A stretch of DNA of 64,000 nt from Tubulanus polymorphus (lineage: Eukaryota > Animalia > Nemertea): assembly GCF_964204645.1 (NCBI RefSeq), contig NC_134026.1, positions 31,096,150 to 31,160,149 on the forward strand, in the 5' to 3' direction. Each line of letters opens with the position of its first letter. The first letter of the stretch is position 1. Position numbers and translations under genes: made by a program. This document shows positions 53,801 to 64,000 of the stretch, in pieces. The notes beneath the pieces are model-generated. The model did no database searches, was not told the origin of the DNA, and was given only the letters and a program-made list of their open reading frames with translations.

Positions 53801-56800
53801 TCGAAACGTCGTGTATTTTATATATTTCAGATTGTTCGAATAAATAAATTCTTGTTTTTAAATTCTTTTAATCTGTAGATAGTGGGTTTTTATCTTATTA
53901 GCCAGTAGAGAGTCTGTAATCTGGAAATGCTATTCTTAAACTGGAATACGTTCAATCAAAACCTGCTTAAATTATTATATGTTCAATGATGAATTCTGAG
54001 TTAAATTCTCCTCTGATTTTATCTTTATTTATTTACAGTTGACTTTGACAGAAGAATTGTTCTCGTGTATGACCGATCATAAATTCAACGTAACGCCTTT
54101 AATTGATTTGACGAACGATGCTAAAGGAACTGCTCAATTATTACTGGATCATTACGTTCATATTCAAGGATTTACAATCTCACAGGTAACAGTAGCGCCA
54201 TCTACACAAACTATTCATAAACTATCAGCTAATTAAGCCCCCCTCCATCCTCTGAGCTTCAATCAGCAGATTGCAAGAGAGGAACCAGGATTTGAACCGC
54301 AGGACGGTGGATTGATGAGCGGTTTATGGTACCCACTCTTTCAACCACCCCACCCACTCACTCACTCACCCATACACCCACCCACCTCACCCACCCACCC
54401 ACCTCAAACACCCAACCACCGACCTCACCCACCCACCCACCCACCTCACCCACTCAGCTACATCTCTTGTATTGTCGTCATATTTTGTAGATGATTCGTA
54501 AAAGTGTTGAAACGAGAGACTGGCAAAATACGATCGAACCGCGTAACGTTCGAGCCGTCATGAAACGTATTGTTGAAGATATCACGGCAACAGACGGACA
54601 AGTTGGTCAGTTATACGAGGAGGGGACGCGGAAAGAGAATAGTGACTCGAGTAGGAAAACGTATAGTGTTAGTAAACCACCTCGATCGCAATGGAGTTAT
54701 ACACCCAGGTATAATATATACCACACAACTTCAATACCTACTAAATCACTCTATTTTCATCTGTGTGGGATTGATTTATTTGGATATTTCGCTTAATCTA
54801 TTTGAACACATACCTCAAATCGGTTTAAAGACATCCAGTGAGACAAGTATATCCAACCCAACTCAATACTACAGTGAAACTTTAAAGCCTAACTCACCCA
54901 GTCCTAGTTCATGGTACTCTATACTATCAAACTGACCACACGGGTGTTAAGGTTCTCAGTGAAAGCTTACTAGGACATGGCCAGCTCAAGACTTTTCACT
55001 ATCTGGGACAAAACATGAAATCATTTTCTAATTTCCTTTTCTTGTTTTCCGTTCACCCAGTCCTGGTAGTGTGGTTGTCTCCAGAGTTGTACATCAGAGA
55101 CTAGGGTTGGAGTTGTCCAGGACCACTATGTAACACTGGGTTCACCCAGTCCTGGTAGTGTGGTTGTCTCCAGAGTTGTACATCAGAGACTAGGGTTGGA
55201 GTTGTCCAGGACCACTATGTAACACTGGGTTCACCCAGTCCTGGTAGTGTGGTTGTCTCCAGAGTTGTACATCAGAGACTAGGGTTGGAGTTGTCCAGGA
55301 CCACTATGTAACACTGGGTTCACCCAGTCCTGGTAGTGTGGTTGTCTCCAGAGTTGTACATCAGAGACTAGGGTTGGAGTTGTCCAGGACCACTATGTAA
55401 CACTGGGTTCACCCAGTCCTGGTAGTGTGGTTGTCTCCAGAGTTGTACATCAGAGACTAGGGTTGGAGTTGTCTAGGACCACTATGTAACACTGGGTTCA
55501 CCCAGTCCTGGTAGTGTGGTTGTCTCCAGAGTTGTACATCAGAGACTAGGGTTGGAGTTGTCCAGGACCACTATGTAACACTGGGTTCACCCAGTCCTGG
55601 TAGTGTGGTTGTCTCCAGAGTTGTACATCAGAGACTAGGGTTGGAGTTGTCCAGGACCACTATGTAACACTGGGTTCACCCAGTCCTGGTAGTGTGGTTG
55701 TCTCCAGAGTTGTACATCAGAGACTAGGGTTGGAGTTGTCCAGGACCACTATGTAACACTGGGTTCACCCAGTCCTGGTAGTGTGGTTGTCTCCAGAGTT
55801 GTACATCAGAGACTAGGGTTGGAGTTGTCTAGGACCACTATGTAACACTGGGTTCACCCAGTCCTGGTAGTGTGGTTGTCTCCAGAAATGTACATCAGAG
55901 ACTAGGGTTGGAGTTGTCCAGGACCACTATGTAACACTGGGTTCACCCAGTCCTGGCTCTCTGTCGCTCTACGATCCTAGTGTCTGTGGTACATCAGAGA
56001 CTAAGGTTCTTGGTGAATCTATAACTCAAACTTTACTTATCTCAGACCATTTTTGCCACTGGTCCCAGTTTCTGTGAGTTAGACGAGGATAACTGTGTAT
56101 ATTGTAGGCTGTCTATCTACCATACTGATAATATATTGTAATGTAATGTTGTATTATATTGTAGCACTATAGACAACAGTCTCATGTCAAACATACAGAA
56201 ATTGTTCTCAGAGAAAATTGAAATATTCAGCGCCGTAGAATTTTCCAAAGTATCCGTTTTAACTGGTATCATTAAAATAAGTCTGAAGGTAAGAAAAACC
56301 TATCAATATTTCATCATTTTTTATTTGTTTATAAACGGTAGTTTAAGATTTAATGAATATTTATTTGTGTTTTTTAGACGTTTCTGGAATGCGTTCGATT
56401 AAGAACCTTCGGTCGATACGGTTTACAACAAATACAAGTTGATACACATTATTTACAGTTATATTTATGGAGATTTGTATCTGATGAGAAGTAAGTACCA
56501 GGTTATGTGATACCTGCTCATTAACGTCAACTGTGTGTGAACCACTGTTCTATTTTAGCACCTATGGGGCTATAGAGTGTTACGAACCTCAAACTGATGG
56601 AGCTCGGTGTGGTTTCAATAGATTTTGACTCATTTTCTCTGCAGCATTTCAACACTCATTTACTTCCATTCCGACAACGCTATTATAAGTAGCTTTATTA
56701 ACAGAAGATTAATGTTACGGTATATAGATATGCTTAAGTCTTTTGACAAGACATTATTAGCAATACAGTGGATAAACAATTACCTGATACCTGATACCCT

Positions 56801-57703
56801 CGCATAGTTAGGATAGGATAAGATTGTCAATTTGTATAGGGTTTTTCAAATTACAGAATTATTATCAAAGGCGCTCCCCTGAAACAGGTGATGACTTGAA
56901 CAGAGATGTCTCGAGCTGTCGTTGTAATCCTGACCGGAGAGAGGGTTGGTGTTAGGGGATTCCGTACGATGTGTACAACTGTCTCAAAAGCACGACCCAC
57001 TGAAGTTGGGTTTACTGGATTTTCAGTATCAGATCCTGGCTCTCCACTCTTGTTCCTGTTCTTGGCCCAGTTTCACAGTCATGGCTTAGACTTAAGACTA
57101 ATTTAAGACGATCTTAGTTCTATAACCAATCTAACAACTTAAGACCAGTCTTGAAATTTAAGACCATTTTTGGACTTAAGTCTCAACTGAGGAACCAGCA
57201 CCTGGTTTATAATGAAACATGATGAAATGTATCTGATACCTGATTTTTATCGTTATTTTAGTTTGGTTCATTTTCTATTGGATGAAATAGTTGGAAGTAC
57301 AGTACATCGATGCCTGGATGCCGTTATGATGGAACAGAGTGTAAGTTTTAATCCCTGTCATATTTCATTGTTTTATCGCGATGGATATTGAAATCATAAA
57401 ATACCTTATGCTTTATGTTAATGATATGCGAATGTCAAAGGCTTAATAATTCACATTTTTTGTACACGAAAAATCGAAATCGGTTTTTTGGTGAAAATTC
57501 TAAATCCCCAATAAACTGTTCATGCATTTGAATAAAGAATTATCTCTGATTTATATCATGCGCACCAATTACATCCTCGCTTGCCAGGGCTTCGTCAAAC
57601 CAATCCCTGGCAAGCGAGGGCTGCTCATTTCTACAGGATTCAATGAATATATAAGATGAATTTTATTTTGTAGGTGATTGATTTGATTTGTGAACGAGGT
57701 TGA
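47860..57703 (+). CDS. VPS51: Vacuolar protein sorting 51 (GARP/EARP subunit), multi-exon
   Basis: MNP|[13 protein letters not shown]; [30 protein letters not shown]; LQFLFELP; [12 protein letters not shown]; [11 protein letters not shown]; [14 protein letters not shown]; [21 protein letters not shown]; ends ICERG*. Confidence 0.97.
52188..52444. mobile_element. Non-autonomous TIR element with 5-bp TSD (hAT5-like)
   Basis: Perfect 16-bp TIR CAGGGTCCGATCTAAG; AAGAT on both flanks; internal GGGCAAGT/ACTTGTCC repeats. Confidence 0.85.
52729..53433. mobile_element. Head-to-tail array of five MITE family A copies (~141-bp period)
   Basis: Five complete TIR-bounded units joined by CAG. Confidence 0.92.
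53773..53814 (+). ncRNA. Minimal type I hammerhead ribozyme within a Penelope-like remnant (~53709-53899)
   Basis: ACAC-CTGACGA-T-GATCTC(TAGGGT)GAGATC-GAAA-CG-TC-GTGT: stems I and II, palindromic ACGT stem III and GUC cleavage triplet; AATAAA downstream. Confidence 0.8.
54345..54455. repeat. C/A-rich simple repeat (CCACCCA)n
   Basis: Low-complexity tract in a VPS51 intron. Confidence 0.85.
55052..55955. repeat. Intronic 89-bp tandem repeat, ~10 near-identical copies
   Basis: TTCACCCAGTCCTGGTAGTGTGG...ACCACTATGTAACACTGGG recurs at 55052, 55141, 55230 and onward. Confidence 0.97.
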
Positions 57704-60700
57704 GATGACGTCACGAAATGAAAGAGCTGCATTCGAAACGATTTATAACTTACTCTCAATGTGAAATATTCATCATCTCCCAGAAAAAGTTTCATTATTC
57801 TTTTCAGAAATATCTTGACTTATTCAGTAAAACTTCTGGTTGTGCAATAACCGCCAGTTGGTATTTGACTTCAGGGTTGAAACATGAATCAATGATAAAG
57901 AGAACTAGATAACTATGGATTACTGGATCCAAGGGTCAGTTCTAGTCATGAGTTAGATTTAAGACCAGTCTAAGACCGTTTTAGTTCTATAGCCAATCTA
58001 CAATTTCATACCAGTCTCAGCTCATATTAGTTCTATAACCGATCTAACAACTTAAGGCCAGTCTAAGCTCATTTTGGTTCTATAACCAATCTAACAATAC
58101 AGTCTAAGCTCTGTTTGGTTCTATAACCAATCTATCAACTAAAGACCAGTCTTAAGATTTAGACCACTTCTGGATTCAAGTCATACTGTGCAACCTTGGA
58201 GTTATTCCAAGGTGCAACAGGTTGTTTGGTTAGTAGGTGTATGTAGTACAGAAAGTTTTGAGACAAAGGATTTTTTTCAAGCATCAAAGAATCGAAGTAT
58301 CATGATCTATTCTGTAGTGTTTGTAATATATGAGTGAATTGATTGTCTGATTACAATGAATACGAATTTTAAATTCCATGTTTGAATAGTTTGTTCAAAC
58401 ATTAAAAATACTAGGTCTCTCTATTGTAGCGAGCTGAGGACGATGTGGTAACATATGTGAAACGTTTGCGTGAAAATAATATCTGTATAATAAATATTAA
58501 TATATTGAAACTGAGTTTGAGTTATGATATGGATTGATGATGAATCACAGGGTCCCAGTTGCTTAAAGGTTAGCTGAAGATAGCCGTGTGGACCTGGCTC
58601 CACAGTTGCCGAATTGCGATTTGACTCGGAGTTAACTCATCGAAAATGAACTAATTTAAACTCAGAGTTAACTCTAACTCACAACTGTGGAACTGAGTCC
58701 TGAGTTGGTGGTTAACTCTAACTCAATTGATCATTTCGTCCACTCTGAATTTTCGAGCCTAGGCTTGAGTTGAGTCGCCTAGAACGGTATTCATGACTGT
58801 AATATTAAGGAACATGCATCTCTTAATCGTCTCGAGGGCTCGTGTTGCCAACGAAGGAATGCGATCTTGCATTGTCAACTACATGTATAGGGCACACGCC
58901 TCCATTCACAGCGGGTATCATGAATAGAAGATCCACTAACTCATTACAGTTTGATCAATGTTGTCATGAAATATCGTTATTGTATCCACGGGAACTAATC
59001 TTTATAAATATCATACGAAATAACAGTGAATTCTAGTGGTTGTTCACGTACTACACTCTGTCACCAATTTGCCTGGAGATGGTTTGACTTATGAGACACT
59101 TTTTATGGTCTATTAGTAAAAAGAAGAATTCTAAAGAAAACCTTTCCATGACATTATAGTACGATACGTATATAATATGTACGGCAGGGTCTAGAATAAG
59201 AAGACAGTTGTTGTTTGAGAAGATCATATCTTTAACAATAATAATGACGATACCTTTGATAATACTTAACATATGCGGATCTTGAGGATTGTATTTCAAT
59301 CTAAATGAAATATGCACCAATTTTGTTGTTTGTTAGACGTTCTACTTTTTCCTGCTCCAAACTTATTTTAGTTTGATCTAAAACGACGAGTCCATGGTTC
59401 GTTTTTAAGTTTATCAGTAAATTGCGTACGTGTATCATATCAAAAAGAAGTTATTACTACTAAATTGTACTCGGTAGCCTATAGCGGGGGACAAATTCAT
59501 TTCATAAATCATCGAAAATTCAAACGCGAATGATAAATTACGATTTGAAATATTCAAACATTGTACTGATGCTACGTACGTTCCACGTCGCAGCTGGAAT
59601 AAAGTTTGACAGTTTTGCGGATTATATTTCCATCTTTCTCATGCAAAACGAAGGATTTGCACATGAATATGAAAAAGGGTTGAATCCTTCTTTCATCGCG
59701 TCGTCGTTATAGGGGCTAGCGCGCGGGTAAAGCTTAATGGATAGAGGTATAGAGATCATTAATTCACTGGCGGCAGGTTGTTTTCAGAGCTGCGATGACG
59801 ATTTTCCTTATTTACAACCTGTTGCAAATCGTTACCTGCATATAATTCAAACCTATAGTATTAATTCACAAACCGCTCTCCATTTCACGTTAATGTTCAC
59901 GTTTTCTTATTCGGTTTTAGCTCGAACGAAATAAAATCGTTTTATATCATCGAAATTGCTCAGCGTCGGCCATTAAAAATTCCAGATGTCGCCCATAATG
60001 GAAATGTAATTTTGTTTTATACCGGAGGTATTGACCAGGAATAAATGATGAGTATTTTTAAAATTCGCATCTATCAACCTGCATTGAACGAGGGGGAGGG
60101 GGGACGGTAATTATACTAACGATAAAAACCTAGAAACCTTAATGCGTGTAGGGCCTACAGACAACAGCTGATCACACGAACACTAAGTCAACTGTATTCA
60201 TTCATTTTTGAATGTATTATCATTGAATTTGCATCAAGATGAACTAAAATTCGAGTATAGTTTTTACTGCAGTTAAATGTGAGTCCTCAGTCAATCCTCC
60301 ACATCAGCAGCTTCAAGGAACTTCCAACGTGTCACCAACCGAAAATTCTCATATGCGCAAAGCCTGTGTGATGCTCTAATGAGTTTTGTATTTGTCTTAC
60401 CTTCTGGAACGGTAGTTTTTGAATCCGTTGGATTTGAGGGGGGGGGGGGGTGTAGGGCATCCTGTGATTTCGTTCACCATGTGTTACTATACAGAACCAC
60501 GGACCATCGATGCAGTTCCTGTGACGACCGATCAACCGTACCACAAAACCTTAACATCTGGCTCCAGTTTCGCCGTTGTGAGTGTGAGTGAGTTAAAAAT
60601 AGTGGAACTGGACCCTGGATCCAGTTTCTTGAAACAGTTTATGCCCAAAACGGTTAAATTTGAATTGATGTCCTCATTGAAAATTTACGTTATAGCAATT

Positions 60701-61493
60701 AAACAAAGAATTTCAATTTTAACTTTACATGAAAATGAACTGGATGCGCCCAATTTAACTAAATCGTTTGATTACCCAAGTTGCCCTTATTTCTTGTTTT
60801 CGATCAGAAAAACAATTCCATTTAAAGTTGAAACTGTCCATGAAATTGGGCCCACACTTTTTGATTCTGCGGTTTGATTTGAACCGCAGGCAGCAATGAA
60901 TCATCGAACGACGTTTTCTCTTTTTTTCACAGATATCAAATTCTTCCATAAAACACGTAGTATTTGTAGAAGAAGATCATTTTGCATACATTTACAAAGC
61001 TGAATTAACGTGACACTATAGGAATATAGATTTATAGATTTTGATCAGGACGCCAATGATGAACCACACGTTTGAGCCTGACAAACGAATTAGGTCCATT
61101 TAGAATTGAAGTATATATATATATATGTGTATAAATACATTTTTTGAGCCATTAAACTATTCGTAAAGCTGGATCAATGCGCGTGCGTCAGTTAATACAG
61201 TACTGATGGTAAATTGAATTTCATAACCGAAACAGGTGCTGGTGCTGCACATAATATACACACCCTATACTCAATCTATGGTCTGGACATTTTTCATTGA
61301 ATTATATTAAATTCAGTCATCAAACAAATGACAGTATTTGTTTTGAGGTAGGCCTATACGTGTGTTCGGCGATGAAAACAGGAGGTAAGAAATGCATTGA
61401 ACCGCAGCCCGCCGGGGTTTATCAATCTTTATATTTAATTTCGTGATGAATCAGTAAAAACCCACAATCATGTATGAAAAAAAAAACTAAGAG

Positions 61494-61672
61494 AGCAGTG
61501 ACGTTTTGACTCAAGAGCCATTTTCAAAACTATGCGAGTAGTGACGTTTAGACTCAATTCTCTGAGCCATTTTCAAAACTATGCGAGTAGTGACGTTTAG
61601 ACTCAATTCTCTGAGCCATTTTCAAAACTATGCGAGTAGTGACGTTTAGACTCAATTCTATCAGCTATTTTC
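61494..61672. repeat. 49-bp tandem repeat, ~3.5 copies
   Basis: GAGTAGTGACGTTTAGACTCAATTCTCTGAGCCATTTTCAAAACTATGC. Confidence 0.9.
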
Positions 61673-64000
61673 AATGCAGTTTCAAAAATCAGTTTTTAAA
61701 ATAGGGCTAATATAGAATAGAGTTGAAATTGAGTCGAACGCTCTCTTCATAACTGTGGAATCTTTCTTCAAATGAATTCAAGCCAGTCACTCGTCATTTC
61801 ATGAAGTCAGCCGGAGATTTAGGTGAATAAAAAAAAGAAGAATTTTATGAATTACTAAATCAAAAATATACTTAAAGTTACACGTTGGCATATTTTTTTG
61901 TCAATGTCAGATTAACTACTGGGGATTCTATGGATGCATTCTATTAAACCCAGCATGATTTAAACGGTTTGTCGTGTGGTAGGTCTCGTGTATATTGTGC
62001 CTGTGATCGTGAGCATGACTAAATCCAGTAGTCCCTGCATCAAACAGATGTATTCCACAACCTGACACCATTCCTCTTATTGCTATAATTACGATCAGTT
62101 TTAACTATGTCGTACCGACATGTCGGTACCCGCTTCATTATATAGATCTAACAGCTCAAATCAATCCATTGATACATCGATTAATCGGGTTTATAATGTA
62201 CAATAGTTTATATGCGCAAGTTGTATAAATGGGTTCCCCTGTTGGTAGAAATCCCGGGCTGTTTGACTCCTAAGGTCTGTATAAAAATGACGGACCCAGG
62301 ATCGTGACCTATCAGTTGTTGGTCTCTGTTGAGAGATAGCACCGGAGATGGAAATATCACAGTTGACAGTTTTTACAGGTAAGTTCTCAATTTTAATTCG
62401 TCTTTTTAAACTCACGAAATTGTATTTAATAATCGAAGACTTGTGGCGTACGCTACAAAACATATATTTCTTATAAAGAAGTTGGAACTTTTATTGGGTA
62501 AGGGTAAGCAGTGAAATAGGTTACGAATTGGAGATAAGTTGAATATGGCAATTAATTTTATGATTCTTATCAAATTTATATTTTTTTCATTAAGAAGTTT
62601 CCAATGCGATATATTCCAAGTAGCTTTAAAATCACTTATAGAAATATTAGAAAGTCGAAAAGTTGAATAAACTGCACTAGCTCAAGGAAACATTTCGAAC
62701 TATGTTATTCTTAGTGTGCAGGGATTTTCAATATGATCTTTACAACACGGACTAAAGAGTGTTTCATCAATGGTTTTCAAGAAGTTTAGTTGGGTTCTGA
62801 AGCAGCATTAAACTAATTGCTCCTCGATATTAACAAGTTTCTGCACTTCAGTTTGATGAGTTCGAGAGGGTATAAATTTACTATTCAATTGTATGAAATG
62901 TTTGATAATTCATAAACCATTAATTAAAATGTGATCTGTTTAAATTTGGGTCCTGGGGCTGCTGCTGCACACGTGGCAAGTTTGGTCACATATGTGCGCA
63001 TATATACGCGTCAATGTTAGGGCTGGACTCTGATTGGACCCTGCAAGTTTAATCCATATGAACAAAATCACTGCAAAATGAATTCAATATGATTTATTAC
63101 CAAATGTTACCGGACTCATGTGACCACGTGGTCCACAACAGTCAATCGTACAAACGGTTTTATATACGTACACGTTTTCATCAACTGATTTCATCTAATA
63201 TCAGACGAGAGAATAGAAAAAAGAGTCCGAAATGTTTCCTTGAATCTATTTTCTAATTCGATTTTTGACCATTATCGCTACAGACATCTTCATACGTATA
63301 ACTAATCATTGTGTTGTGTATAACTGTAGGATTCCTGGAAGATTACATTAGTATCCATATTCTAACACTGTTCCTAAATATGACTATTAGGATTGAGTCG
63401 AAACGTTGAAATGAACTATCAGCTACAAGGAAACATTTTAGGACACTTTTCTTCCATATTTTGTTGTGGGATTTTATATTATCGTTACAACATGGACTCA
63501 GCAGTTGGACTCGTTTCATCGAAGGTTCTCAACTAACGCGTATTTGATTGTAGAGTTTACTGGAAAATACGGAAAAGGAATTATTAGTGTATCTGTCGCT
63601 TTTTGATCTCAAATAATCTTCATTAGAACAACGTGACGTCATATTCAGCTTTGATCGATAACGAGTTAGAGTCAGATAAGTAATTTTTTAAGTAAATCCT
63701 GATGAATCGATAATATTGGCTTATAATAAATGTTCCAGGAATGTAGTCAATTGACGGCCAGTTCCGCAGTTGTTGAGTTTAGATTTGACCTTAGAGAGTT
63801 TACTCATTTAAAATGACTCGACAACTGTGGAACTGGATCCTGAGTTCAGAGTTAACTCTAAAGCCGCGATCACACGGGCGTTTTTGCCCGTCCAAAAACA
63901 TCGGACCAGGCCCGAGCCAAATTTTAGCACGGGACAAATGAAAGCATTTGAATCGCAACTGGTTCCGGAAATGGCTTTGCTTTGTTCGAGCCTTATTTTG

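Noticed and set aside
55052-55955. CRISPR-like appearance of the regular arrays (also 28200, 32180, 52729)
   Set aside because: Units are contiguous with no unique spacers, there are no cas genes, and the context is eukaryotic introns.
63370-63410. GACT..AGTC-GAAACGTTG hammerhead-like stretch
   Set aside because: The CUGANGA core is missing; at best a dead Penelope remnant.
58200-64000. Short ORFs in the distal region
   Set aside because: No recognisable domains or consistent exon chain; several overlap MITE copies. Treated as intergenic or 5' regulatory sequence.

Overview
AT-rich, intron-containing animal genomic DNA, probably from an invertebrate (inferred from the gene set and short GT-AG introns). 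It is not prokaryotic. 1-13 kb is mostly repeats: a diverged inverted duplication centred near 5 kb, tandemly duplicated exon-like units, two orphan LRRK2-like ankyrin exons and Penelope-type hammerhead motifs. 13.8-57.7 kb is a compact gene block: WBP1/VOPP1-like (+), a candidate spliced 48-aa secreted peptide (-), a divergent ionotropic glutamate receptor (+), NCAPH (-), DDX56 (+), BCCIP (-), an unrecognised 14-exon gene (+), RNASEH2A (-) and VPS51 (+). Spliced by hand, the unrecognised gene (42105-45636) encodes a PNKP-like P-loop kinase whose Walker A is split by an intron. This is followed by a degenerate HAD-phosphatase-like domain (T4-PNK order, the reverse of animal PNKP) and a CYREN/MRI-like Ku-binding module. 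It is the best candidate here for an undescribed DNA end-processing factor. Introns carry many minisatellites, several MITE families with visible TIRs/TSDs, and a near-canonical minimal hammerhead ribozyme in a VPS51 intron. All family assignments come from manual reading and recalled motifs; no database search was run.
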